NCBI GenBank assembly: GCA_036172245.1
Contig: JAYWIR010000010.1
Span: forward strand, 868,001-932,000
Length of the DNA: 64,000 bases
Direction of reading: 5' to 3'
Origin: Raillietiella orientalis
Taxonomy: Eukaryota
Below, piece by piece: positions 38,186 through 50,199 of the stretch. Numbering within the stretch: position 1 is the first letter of the stretch; each line of letters starts with the position of its first letter. The position numbers and the translations under genes were made by a program. The notes under the pieces are model-generated. The model was not told where the DNA came from. It worked only from the letters and a program-made list of their open reading frames with translations, and searched no databases.

Positions 38186-38529
38186 CGAGGAGGAGTGAGC
38201 CCGCTGCATCGCCGCTTCTGCTAAGGAAGGGGGAGAAGAATCCGCAGGGTGCTTGACGTGTTTCTTGAAGGCATTTTTCGATGGCTAAGTGGCTTCTTGG
38301 TCGTGCTCATGAGCGTTTGCAGCGCTTTCTCTACATCAAGAATGGTACAAGGGGGTTGCATAATCATCCAGCCTCCGGGATGGACTCTTGCTTTTTTGAA
38401 AACACGTTCTCTGAGCGTTTCCCTTCCTTTTCCGTCTCTTTTCTTGTGGTCTTCCGTTGGGATTTCTATTCGGGAGGCTGGAAACGGTGTACGGAGCAAG
38501 AGCAAGCATCCTCCCTGCTGCGGCCCACA

Positions 38530-40122
38530 GGAAGATGCGGGAGGTAGGCGTCAGCGAGCTGCATCTGCCAGCAGAAAACGAGCATTTTTCCTTTTTTCAA
38601 GGAGCTTGTGGATCCCTTGGGCAGGGAGATTTCGTGACACGTCCTCCGAGGATACCTCGCGGCATCTGAGCGGACCGAAAGCTGAGGCACTCCTTAGAAA
38701 AGGGGTCGTGAAGAGATGGCAAACTTACGTTCAGGTCTTGGAAACCTCGTGGCTGGAGCAAACGTGGCTTCGTAGGTGGAGGAGCGGACCTTTGTGGAGA
38801 CCCACTGAGTGGTTTGACAGATCCTTGGTGAGCAGAAGCGGAAGGGTGGGCTGCAGAAATAGTCCGCGCGTTGCGAGACCCAGAAATTGGGACACGCCAA
38901 AACAAACAAAGAAACTGCGGGAAATTCAGGACGAGGAAAAGGGAAGAGGCTTTCTAGAATGCGAAGGATGCCTGGAGCTTCACGCTGCCTAGTGTCAAAC
39001 AATCGGCGTCGGTCTTTCCTCGCTTCTTCGTGATGCTTCGGCACTGCCTCCCTCTGTCGGCGGTTGGTGCTTACGGGGAGGATTTCTCCGAAGATGCTCT
39101 GCATCAGCTCCCTGACCTGAATAAAGAGAGCAGGGACTGTTGCAGTACTGTTTCTATAACAACTACTCGCTCTGAGAAATCTCTGAACATCCAGCAAAGA
39201 ATGCGTGGGCAGATAGAAGCTTCCTCGCCTCAGAACTGCCCTCCATGAGGGAAAACATGGGCAGCAGACTTTTGGCTAGATGGGAGATGGCCGTGAAAAC
39301 CTCCGCCAGGTGAAGAGGACTGGGTGAGTGGACGACGGTCCAGCTTACGGACGCTGCGACCCAAGGGCTCAATCTCGAGAATTTTTGCGTTGGGGTGAGC
39401 TGCTAGACATTTCGCTGGAAGATCTACAGAGCCCCAGTGCTCTTGGACAGACGCACCCTCCTTCTAAGGTGTCAGGAGTCTGCGTTGGTGCTGCTGCACC
39501 GGGGTCTCGCGTGCAATGCCCACCGGCATCACTGGACACGGGAGTGTGTCAGCCCGAACTGGCAGGTGCCGGGAGCGCGAATCCTTCCTGCACCTGCTTG
39601 TGGATTGGGTTGCCCTCCAACCCCTCTGGGAACGCTTCGCCGCAACCCCAGCAACTCCCAGCGGCAACTCCAGGGACACTCTGAAACCTCTTATTGTTCG
39701 TAATGCCCTTCGGCTGGCAGTCTCGCTAGCAACCCTTTACTGCCTGAGAGGGATTGTGGACTGCCTGGAGCGGCGCTGGTGGAGGACCGAGAGACAAGGG
39801 TGACACATCCACTTCACCACCCGCTTAATGATGATGGCAGCAAGATGGTCCCACCTGGAAAGTACGCAGAGTGAGCATCCTCGAAAGGATGCGGAGGACT
39901 GTCCCAAGCAGAACGCGATTCCTTCCCGCACCCCCTCCTCATTTATTTATTTATTTTTATTTTTCTCTTTGTTTGCTCTCTCCCTTCCCTCTGCTACCGA
40001 GGCAAAGCCCACCGATTTGTGTGCCGGCAACCCGGCAGTTTCTCGTTGACATGGATATGGTTGAACCATCGCTCCAACTACAGAGACTACGAAATAAACG
40101 CCCCGCCGCACCCGGATGGAAA
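38530..40122 (+). mobile_element. 5'-truncated Tx1 copy: ORF2 C-terminal half, CCHC motif and 3' UTR
   Basis: GRCRERESFLHLLVDW and AARWSHL; T-rich tract at ~39940; AATAAA at 40093-40098 followed by cgccccg..tggaaa. Confidence 0.85.
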
Positions 40123-43100
40123 TCCAGGGGAGGAGAATGCAGCAAGCGAAGGAGAGGTCTTGACCCGATCGAAGAAACCAAGAACCTCTTTTGAAGTTTC
40201 TTTCCCGATTCCTCCCCTACCAGCGAAAGCAACAGCACAGATCCCGGCACACGTGGCCGAGATGACATTCGTGAAGCAGACTGCCTGAGGAACTCCGCCT
40301 TCGCCGTGCTCCTAGCGGAGGCGCAGCTTGTCCCCATTTGGCAGCATACGTGGAGGGAGTGGAAACCAGAAAGGCCGTCGGAAATTCCCGACGAAAGATC
40401 GCCCATGGCCCAAACATGGTCAGCAACTTTGCTCGGCAATGAGCTGCCGGGGCGACGCGCGTCCCCGTGCACCCTGGTTGCAGCTATCTCTCGCACGAGC
40501 CACCGGCGCCGGAGCTGGGCGTCGCCACAGGCGGACGCGCGCCGTCCCGAGAGCGCCGCGGCTGAGCCTCGCGCCAGACAGGAAGAAGGGGAGAGTTTCC
40601 CGATGCCCCGCCGGCTGCCAACCCCTGCCGCTCGCGAGCCGTGGCGCTGCGCGCGCGTCTCGTCCAGATGGAGTTGGCGCTGCACGCTGTCTCTGAACAG
40701 CACCACTCGCGGAAGTGGCACTACCCAGCCCGGGAGACTGTCAGGTCTCGGTACTGAAGAATTGGAGCGCAGGAGTTGCGACAGTGTCGAGGGCATCCCA
40801 GATGGACTAGCGACCATCCAGAGCTCTTCCAGCGAACTGCAGCTTTCCGGAGTACGAAATGGTCCTTTCGGCCTCCTGCCTAGGTCAATAGAGACCGAGC
40901 GGGCTCGACCCAGGAGCAAAACGAAATCCCTTTCCCTCAGTAAAAACTCGCCACGTGAGATGAGGTTCTGTGGGGTGCACTTTCCCGTAGTGGTTTTTTC
41001 TCGGGGACCTCCGCCCGAGCAGCTGGTCCAGAGGTCAGTCGGAAGATCACTCTTCTCTGCTTCCCAGATGCCAGAGTGGGACCACGCCTTCGCTAGTGGA
41101 CCTTCTGCGAGTGCTGAAGACTTTTCTTCCAAAGCCGAACCCCCCCCCCCACCCAATCCTTCCGACTGTTCGAGAGTTTTCGGTTCCCGGCTCTCTGCGG
41201 GGAGCTGGAGCGACCATCAGGGTGAGCTCGGAGTGACCTGCCCTCCCGTTCCTTGGTCCTGGAGAACCACGCCAGAGCCTTGCTCGCCACTCCAAAGCAA
41301 CTCCGAGCCGATCACGTGATGCGTCGCTGACGAACTAATCGGAAGAAGCGCCTTCGCCGGTCACCTGCTCCCGGGGCTGAGCCTCACCTTTCAGGGCTGA
41401 AGAAAACCGGGGGTGTTCAGGAGACCGGTGTTCACCGCGGATGCGTGGTGAAGCCCCACAATACTCCTCGTGGTGAGGAGGTCACTCGAATCTTCCTGGG
41501 GAAGTCTTCCCCTCTCCCTTCTGGAGCTCTCCCGCTCGCAGAACGCCCGCCCGAGTTCGCACCGGGTACCTAATCCGGGAATGGGAGTGAGGACCTCTTC
41601 CTGGCCGGGTGGTCATCCAGCGCGCGGCGAAAGACGCTCGCCCTGCTGCGCGCGAGCCCCCGCGGTCGCGAACGCCCCGGCCGACGCGCGGCTTCCGGCA
41701 AGGTGAGGCGGTGCCCACTGCCCGCTCGCCTCTCGCGAGAACCAGCTCGCAGAGGAAACGGCGCTGCTTTCGCACGCCCCGCGGGCGCTCTGGAACCAGG
41801 ACATCTGCGCGACGGGCGCGGTTTGGAAGCGGCCGGAGGTTCCTCGGATGCATCAGTTGGCCTCTCTCGACCAGGCTAAAGCGACCCGCGCGTCTTCCCT
41901 TCCGGGGAGGCCTCGTTGGCGGGATGAAAAAGGAAAGCTTAATGGAGCAATTAGAGGGAAATGTGCTCCCGGTCAGAGGGAGCAGTAGTTTACGTCCTTG
42001 CAAGAAAAGACGTTCCCGACTCCGCGCGTGATGAATGAGCCGGATCCCCTGACGCCCCCATGGGCGGATGCGCGGATTCGGTCGAGCCCCGGCGGTTTCG
42101 TCTGGCAACCCTGCAGGAGGTTACGAAGGCAGCGCGACCACTCCCGCTTTCCTAGCCGTTTGCGTCAGCAGTTCCAGGAGCGGGTGCTGATGTCACGAAG
42201 GATGCTGCGTCCTTGCACTGCTGCTGATGCAGCAGGATGGCTTCGCCACCTGGCTGGATACCAGCTGCTGCTGCTCGTTCCTTTTCTCTCCACCCTCCCA
42301 CCCCCCGATCTCTTGAGACACGTCATACACCCGCATCTCCAAAGAACGGCACGGTTCATCACGACCGCGGCGGCCTTGCCAGATCACCAGAGAGCAGCCT
42401 TCGCTCTAACTCCGAGAAAAGTGATTCAAATTATAATAACAATAATAATAATCGTAATAAATCATTGAAGACGGCCTTTTCGAGGCTCTTGCACCCGGCA
42501 GAGGCGTTTCGAAAGCGGATCGCTCCAAGGTCATCCACGAGGGAATCGCTCACTCAAGGCGGCGGCCTTTGTCGACAGGGGGGGAGATTCCAGAAAAACT
42601 TCTTGCCGCGACTCCGAGCCGAGTGGCGAGGCGGCTGCTCCTTCTCCTTGGAGCGCTCTTGGAAGCAGCCGGCCGCTGCGGATGAACCAAAAAACTCCAG
42701 CCATCCGGCGACCCCCGGAGCGAGGCAGATCTGCCTCGAACGCAAGGCCACCCTTGCTCGGAAACGCGCGCGAGGTGGTCATGCGGCCGCGTGGGCTGTT
42801 CGTGAACAGGAAACGCCGAAACAAAGAGTCCGGAAACTTTCAAGACGTGAAATGCGGGATCTGAAACGAACGACTGCCTCGATCGACAGGAGGTTCCCGT
42901 TTTTCCCTTGTCCTCTGGAGTTGCGAAGGGGATCGCTTCCTTGTTCTCTCCAGAGAGACCCCCCGTTTTTAGGGGTGGCTTCTCATTTCCTTTTCGAAGG
43001 GAACCTGGAAAGGATTCGTTCCTGGAATTTCTTCTCCGGAAGAAGCCAGCGTTCCTCGTTCCCTCCTCTGAAGAGAGCCCCGAAGGGAGTAGCGTGCTTC

Positions 43101-43400
43101 TTGCACCCTGGAGAGGCGACCCCGCAGGTGGAGCACCGACCGGTTCCATGGTACGCGAAGGAGGGTCCTCCCCGAGAGAGGGGATACGGCTCCGTTTTCG
43201 CAGCCGGAAGGAAGCCCCTAAGCACACCTTGATTCCTGGGAAGACCCTGGAAGGACGACTTCCGATTTCGGCGAATCGACAGGGGCATCCGGCCACTTCC
43301 ACCGGTGCCGCACCCGAAGTTCATGGGCCAGCCAGCGTCATCTTGAAGGGAGGAACACTGGAAACCCGCGACGCCCGCTGCCGCGCGCGAAGGCCTCCTC
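40123..43400 (-). mobile_element. Tx1 5' part: 5' UTR (43400-42800), ORF1 and possible EN start, interrupted at ~42130-42460
   Basis: The UTR is homologous to 15150-15750 (for example ctcctctgaagaga.cc.gaagggagtagcg.gcttctt). ORF1-like VLVPERPRGVRK..LAR. Confidence 0.6.
42130..42461 (+). mobile_element. 3' end of a (TAA)n-tailed non-LTR element, possibly R4/Dong clade
   Basis: Ends in tataataacaataataataatcgtaataaa. HLQRTARFITTA loosely resembles the LQK.ALLGTA C-terminus of R4/Dong elements. Confidence 0.35.
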
Positions 43401-43479
43401 AAGCGCACGGCCGCCAACGCGAGCAGTTTCCCCTTCTATTCTGGAATTATGCAGAGGCCCTCGAATTCGGATGATGCCC

Positions 43480-44300
43480 TTTGGATACGCGTGGGTGCGG
43501 GGGCGTAGGCAGTTTCGACACCGAGAGAAACAAAGACTTCGGGGGAATGCTGTGGGAGAAGCAGGGTAACGCAGGGGGAATCGTCGGAAAGGAAACCAAC
43601 TTTGGGTGTCCACATGGAGACACTCCAACCTGCAAAGTGACCCCACACTCAAGTAACCGAGGAAAACAGAGAGAAGAGAAAATCGAATGCAAAATGAGGT
43701 GCCGGTTCGCGACACAAGGGAAGAGGGAAGCGCACCGTGACCCGAGGTCGCAGTGCATGCGCAGGCGAAACGGTGGATACGCAGGCGAAACGGTGGATAC
43801 CACCGTCTGTTTCGAGAATCTTCCACAAAATGCTCCCTTCATAGGCATGTGGCCAACACATGTCAGGCCACACATGTCCCCTTCGATCGAGAAAAAATAC
43901 AGTTGGTTTCGGTGGACACCGTGGAAACGTGTCTTCCGCAGCTTCCGCCCTTCTCTCAGGCTGACGACCAGCATCTCATCCTGTCGGAGAGTCTTCTTCC
44001 ACGCTGCTGGAGCCTGTTTTCTCGAGACAGACGCGCGGGAGCAGCTCATCCTTTGAAGCTTCTCAGATCGTGCGGAAAATTTCTGGAAGCTTCTCCTCCT
44101 CCGGTTCGCCAATGCAGACAAAGAGTCGTTCGCTCTTAGCTTTCCTTCTAATGACGTCCCTCCCTCCTTTTGGTGCCGGAAATTCGATCCGTACCCCTGG
44201 ACGGTCCTTCGGATACTGTGCAGCAGCACCCAAGAGCACGGAAATCTCCACTTCCGCTTTCTTGGCTAGGGCGGAGGATGTTCTTCAGTGCGGAAGAGGA
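43480..44300 (-). mobile_element. L1/Tx1 ORF2 post-RT remnant
   Basis: WKKTL..VSLREGRKL..QLYFFS (~W..LSL.GR..L.Y). Contains a perfect 20-bp tandem duplication at 43761-43800. Confidence 0.45.
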
Positions 44301-45619
44301 TTGACTCCCGGCTAGGCGAAGTGGATGAATGGGAAGAGATCAGGAGGAGGAAGAGGCTTTGAAGCGAACTGCCTGTGAGCTCGGACTCACAGAGCCCCTC
44401 ATAGGTGTTTGAACACTGCACATGGCACCTTTTTTTGGCGGGCAGTCACTCATCCTGTAGCGAGCAATCGCAGCTTCAGGGAGATTCAGTCGCTTGCAGT
44501 TGCCACGTAGGAGGCCCAGATCTTGAGTGCCCCTGGATCTGAAAGGAGCATGAGGGGCAGGCAGCCGGCAGGAGACCACGTGGAGGGCTGCACCCCGACC
44601 CGACGAGAGTCGCCCTTGTGAGCTCAGCACGGAAAGCAGCGCGGGTTTGTAGGTGGCTCTCCGGCGACTCCTTACAGATTTTCTTAGAGCTGGCACCGTG
44701 CTGATGTCTCGCCCCTTGCATTCGCCGCTCTCTGCGCCTTGCCGCAATCAGACGCAGCCGATCCAGCAAGAGGAAGCTTCCAGCTTCCTCTTGGTGGAAC
44801 AAGACTTCCGGACGTGCTTCCCTCGGGCAATTTTCTTCTCTTCATCTTGCGCTGTGACGTCCATCATCCGTCGAACCAAAACGCTACTATAGTCAGGGCT
44901 TATTGTTTCGAGGATGAGAGGTAAAGGGGTTCTGTAGCCTGCCGCCCTCCTGTTTGGATGCTGCAAGTCCTTCCGGGTTCTTCCACTTTCGCTGTTTCAA
45001 TTCCAGCCTTTTTTTCCTTTTTTTTTATTTTTGGTTCTCCAGGAGGGCTGAAAAACCGCCCACCTCCCCAGGGAGGGAACTTACGCAGCTCTTGGACGCT
45101 ATCCGAGCCACCCCAGGGTGTGTGTAACTCTTTAGGATAGGGAGGGGAGTAACCCGATAGGGATCGCCCTACGAATCCCGGAAGTCTTCGGAAGGAAATC
45201 GTTCCTCTTTCACGCTTGGTAGGGAAAGGATCTCAAAAAGAACTTCTTCCTTATTCTCTCCGGAGGAACCCTTGGGTGGTTCCTCCGGAGAAATAGGGAG
45301 TAGCACCATTGGGGGTGCTACTCCCTATTTCTTCTCCTAAGGGAACCGAGAAAGCATCTGCGCTCTTGAATTTCCTCTCCGAAGGCAAGAGAATCTCTCC
45401 TCGTTTCCTCCTCTAGAGAGGATCCCGCAGGAACGCTTCCCGAAGGGAGCAGCACACTTCTTGGACATTCCGGAAACGCCATCCCTGAGGGGGATATCGA
45501 CTGGCTCACGGGAACGCGACGGCTCCCTTTTCGCGACCGGAGAAGAACCCGGAAGAACTCCTTGGTGTCCTGGAAGGACCCCAGACCCATCCCGACCGAT
45601 CAGCGGAGGTTTTCGGCTT

Positions 45620-46333
45620 ACAGCCTCAGCCATCCTTCAAAGTGGTAGGAGTCGGCATTGATGCTGCTGCATTGGGGCCTCCCGTGCAACGCCCGCTGGC
45701 ATCTGTGGACACAGGGTGTGTGTGAACCCAAACTGTGCACGGTGTAGGGAGCAGGAGTTCTTCCCACACCTCCTGGTAGACTGTGTTGCCCTTCGGTCCC
45801 TTTGGGGACGCTTGGTCACGGCCCTTGGAACCTCCGGCTGCAACGCCAGAAACGTTTTAAAGCGCCTCTTCCTGAGCGACGCCCTCTCGCCGGCCGCATC
45901 CCTAGCAGCAGTGCTGCCTACGTGGGATCGTGGCCTCATTGAACAACGCCAGAGACCAGAACGACAGGGACACCCTCCATTTTGCTGTCCTCTACATGAG
46001 GACAGCGTCAAGATGATGCCATCTGGGAACCATAAAACAGGAACTTGCCGGCATCCTTACAAGGATGCAGAGGGCGCCCTCCAACAAACAGTGACCCCTT
46101 CCCGAATCCCCCCTCCCTTCCCTTCATCCTTTTTGACTGCAGTTTTTTTGGTTTGTTTTTCTCTTTTTATTTGTCTTCCCTTTCTTCGTGCTGCCGAAGC
46201 ACACCCTGTTGGCCTGCGTGTCACATCCCGGAAGGTTACTTTTCGTATTCATAAGTAACGTGGCAAGATCAAACGTCCTGCCACAGACATATAGGTTTGT
46301 TTGATTAATAAACGCCCGGGCGTGACCGGGTGT
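45620..46333 (+). mobile_element. 5'-truncated Tx1 copy (CCHC motif and 3' UTR) nested antisense in a Tx1 5' UTR
   Basis: CVNPNCARCREQEFFPHLLVDC; AATAAA at 46307-46312 followed by cgcccgggcgtgaccgggtg. Confidence 0.85.
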
Positions 46334-46424
46334 CAACCAGCACTTCTCCCGAACTCTACGGTCCAACCGGCGCCAACCAGCGGTGAGGACTCAAAAGTCA
46401 CGATGCACCCACTTCTCTGCCCTT

Positions 46425-46495
46425 CCCCAGGTGGGACTCGAACCCGCAACGTTCTGCACCACGCGCGGAGGTCGGCGCAGGCCACAGCCTCCAAG
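46425..46495 (-). pseudogene. tRNA-Arg(CCT)-like sequence (3' half well preserved)
   Basis: Minus strand ttgcgggttcgagtcccacctgggg versus the remembered tRNA-Arg-CCT TTGTGGGTTCGAGTCCCACCTGGGG. The 5' half is degenerate. Confidence 0.6.
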
Positions 46496-46867
46496 GCAAC
46501 GCACATCGCGAGGTTTCTTGCCAGCCGCGTTGCCAGGGCTCGCAAAATTCCGGACTCCTCACTGCCCCTCCTGCCGGATCGGTGTGGTTTCAGGAGGGAG
46601 GTGGGAACTCCACGGGCCGGCACGGCGAAGACAGGCCGGTCGCGGTCCTCCGATCGATTGCTTGCACCACGTGGTTTGCTGCAGTAGAACCAGGGAGCAA
46701 GCGAACTCCCTGCGGCGGAGGTTCGGTCAAAACCCATTCAGGACGGAAGCAAGAGGGAGAGACCAGTGTCCCCGGGAGCGCAGGGATGGATCCCTGGGCG
46801 GATCCATCAAGAGGGGATCTCACCAGCCGCTTGCGGGTGTCCTCTCAAGGCGGTCCAGAATGCTCTG

Positions 46868-46928
46868 CTTCGGCAGGTGAGTTGTTACACCCTCCTTAGC
46901 GGATTCCGACTTCCATGGCCACCGTCCT
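46868..46928 (-). pseudogene. 61-bp tailless 28S rRNA retro-insertion with perfect 15-bp TSD
   Basis: Minus strand aggacggtggccatggaagtcggaatccgctaaggagggtgtaacaactcacctgccgaag, flanked by gtccagaatgctctg at 46853-46867 and 46929-46943. Confidence 0.95.
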
Positions 46929-47399
46929 GTCCAGAATGCTCTGGGAAGGGGAGAGTGGGTCCTTCAAGTTCCACTCTGCTCGACGAGCCAGCACGTTGAA
47001 TCCAAGAGGACAGCAGGGGATGGCAGAACGTTCTGCTGTTTCATTTCCTTGCCTCCGAATTCACCCCCTAATTCTACTGCTTGATTCTTCTACTGTTCGG
47101 TCCTGGTTCCTCATTTTGCTGCCAGCGTCTTCTGACGGTCATACCTTCTACCGTCTTCGATTCCGGGTTCACCAGTTCGATCTCTCGGCAAGGCATGAGT
47201 TGGCAGCTGTAGGGTGGGAGGACACCTTTCCCCACCCCTTCATTCTTTTCCCGCCTTCCACGAGCCACCCCCTCGATAGCAAGGCTCTGCTGTCCGGATG
47301 TGGGTGGGTGCGAAAAAAAAAACGGACGCGGAGAAAGACACGGAGGAGGCGGAGAGAAACTGGCGACTTTGCGGAGGGGGAAAATAGGCGGAGCGGAAG

Positions 47400-50160
47400 C
47401 GAACGTTCATCCGGGGACCGGGCTACCTTCCTCGGGTAATCCCTCCCGTCCTCAGGAGCGCGGAGCTCCTCTTCCAGCTGGAGGCAACGACGCAAGCCCT
47501 CCGCTCGCTCCTGGTGCGCGTGAGGCCAACCGTTGTCGCGCACTGCCGTGCTTTCCCGGAACGCGCCACCACCGCCTCTCTGGCTCGTCTCCGCAGCCCG
47601 GAGCGCTCCTTCTGGAAGGATGGACCTTCCAACCCTGGGCACTGCTTCATTGCTGGCAGCCGTGCCTGTCCGCGGGCGGGCCTGCTCCTCGCCTCTTCGT
47701 CAGCGCACTGTGGGGATGACGGCTTCCTCGGTTTCCGGCACCGCGCGCAAAGGCGTCGGAGAGGGTGGGGTCTTCTGATCACCTGCGCGCCGACTTCCAT
47801 TGTTGTTGGCTTCCCACTGTCAGCGAGATCCGGGATAATCACGGATGCTGAGAGCGATCCGCAAGAAGCCTCGACTAATTGGCACCAATTAGGAAAACTC
47901 CCAAACAGAGACCTTCCTGTCAGTCGGAAGACGTCCGGCCTCTTCTTATTCTGTCGCCGGTGATCGCACTGGTGGCCGCCACCCCCTCGTGTTTGTTTCG
48001 TCACGTACGGAGGGAAGTAGTCGCTCTCAGCGCAGCCGTCGCCACTGCGCCCTCACAAATCGCCTGGCGTTTGTGTGGGCGCAGTGGCAAACTTCTTTCT
48101 CGAGGTGTGCAGCGCGCGTGTACCCCCGGGCCTCGCCGCTCTTCTGACGACTGCACCTCCATCGAATAGCGCAGGGGATTGCGCACCTCCGAGTAAGGTG
48201 GCGCTTCCGAGCATTCTGCGCGCTCCCTGCGTGCCTGCAGGAGATGTCACCCGGATGCTGTCCTCCTTTTTCTTATCCCCCTTCCTCTTCAGGACGGGCA
48301 AAGACCCAACCGAACGGAAGAGTCGAACAGGAATGGCATGCTGCAATGGACCAGGGCTCAGGGTGCTGCGCGCCACCCTGAGCTGCCGACGTCCCAGGGA
48401 CGCCGTCGCGATCCTCCTCTTGTCATCGTGGCCACACCCTAGCTGGGCACATTCCTGACTTCCGGACCTTAGCCTCGTCCTCGCATCCTTCAGCTCTCTT
48501 TAGCAAGCAGAGAGTCATCGAGTCCTGTTTTCGACCGCTCACAACGCTCATAGAAAAGAAACCCGTCGCAGCTGCCCTCACAGGGGCGCCCCCGAAGCGT
48601 CGCCCGAATTTCTAAGGCTGAGCTCTCCGGGCGTCTTCCAGGAATCAGACCGGTCGGCAGGAATCCCAGGCGATGGCGAAACGTGGACTTCGGAGATGGC
48701 GGGTGAAGGCGCGCGTCTTCATGCCGCGCTGGGCATGCACACACGCCAGAGACGCTGGCAGGTCAGTGGCAAGGCGAGGGCCTGTTAGGGAGAGTCGGAA
48801 GACGGCACCACGAGGCACAGCAGGGAAGGAGGCCTTCTTCGTCGTGGCGCAGGAAAGGCCCGCTCCACGGATCCACGAATTTCGAGAGAAAAAAAAAAAA
48901 AGGGACTCTGAATAGAGCAGAGGAGGCTGGGGGTTCAAAGAGTGACGAAGCCTCCAGCCACCAAGAAGCCACCAAGAAGCGCCTCGATCTTCATACCCCG
49001 AGAAGGAAGGAGTTCTTCTCCAGCACAACCCTTTCTTCCGCTGCAGAAGAGACGACGAGCGATGCTCGAGGTTTCCTCCCCAGGAGCGACCCCTCGGAAG
49101 CAGAAATGGTCGGTGGCTGCATACCACCTGCCACCACCCAGGATGCTGCCACGCTTGCCGATTCACTTATCATCGGATTCATGGCACGACAGAGATCGCA
49201 GCAGCGGATGTCTACAAACGGGGCCTCCGGCGGGCTCAAGGGCGCACCGACAGCGCTTCCACTGCGCGTGGGATGCCTCTTGCCGAAAGAGGCTCGCGGG
49301 GAGTCCAAGCGCTGCTTCCTTTCGGAGGACCGTCTTTTCCCGCGAGCTCATTGGGAACCTCCGACTGCACTCGGAGTGCCAGGTCAGCCCTCGGGCACCG
49401 TGAGCCACGGAACGATCCCGGAAACCCACGCGCGTCGCCGCTCGGGAGTCGTCGTTCCTGCCAGCGTCGGCGGATGCCAGCGTTCTTCTGCACCGAGAGG
49501 AAGGTGAACAGCGGAGCTGAGCTGCTCCTCCCGGGTGGGGTCGTCCGCGACTGCCCTCAACTCGATCTGCCTCCCTGCCGCGTCTGGGAAACATCAACCT
49601 GCTTGCCCATCGTCCTCCGCAAAAGACCCCTCGCTTTCCGCCCAAGGCATCCCGCGGTATGCACAGGGGAGTCTCATTGGTCGCCTGCCTGCCCTTCAGG
49701 AGGGTTATCTCGGAGGTGGTCTGCCGGAAAAGCCCCATCTCGCTCTGGGAACGCATGTGACACTAAGGCCCGATTCGGTGCTGCAGGGATAAGGAGGAAG
49801 AGAAGCATTCGTGTTAGATGTATAGGTGCGTTCAACCGCGGTGCTGGAGAAGGCGAGACAAGAGAAGGTTGGCCCTCAACTCCACCCTCGAGGGCACACC
49901 GACGACCATGAAAGTGCTCGTCTAGTAATTTCTATCGTCCCTTGAATCTGGCGGGGTGGCCAAGGGACCGAAGGTTTCCGGAAGACCGGCAGAGAACATC
50001 GGAAAACCAATATGTAGTCCCTGCAATGCACTTGGGAGTCTTTGGATGAAGAGAACAAAAAGCACAGCCTCCCTCCTCCTGAATACCGAGCTGGAGAGAA
50101 CAGGGAGGGCAGACGGGATGGCGGAAAGCACCCCCTTCCCCTTCATCTTCATCTCAGCCA
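47400..50160 (-). mobile_element. Long Tx1 ORF2 remnant (endonuclease through RT)
   Basis: Motifs in order: RRREAVLFVL..ALQGLH (~LQETH), FPADH (~FSDH), NLEHRSSSLL (~NWRPISLL), STLSPG (~CPLSP), IRVTSPAG..GSATL (~pre-YADD region). Confidence 0.6.
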
Positions 50161-50199
50161 CTCCCTTAACAGGGAGTGCAGCTCATGAAATTTCTCAGC

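Larger units (their letters stand above)
44320..46500 (-). mobile_element. Tx1 5' part: tRNA-Arg-like head, 5' UTR and ORF1, split by a plus-strand Tx1 insertion at ~45620-46333
   Basis: 45060-45620 and 46334-46450 align contiguously with 15150-15800. ORF1-like RMMDVT and CPSCSFQIQG lie below 44960. Confidence 0.7.

Noticed and set aside
39957..41319. Overlapping 399-aa and 337-aa ORFs
   Set aside because: Low-complexity, GC-rich decayed Tx1 ORF1 region read in shifted or antisense frames.
47873..47887. actaattggcacc resembling vertebrate LF-SINE
   Set aside because: An isolated 13-mer inside an RT remnant with no flanking similarity.
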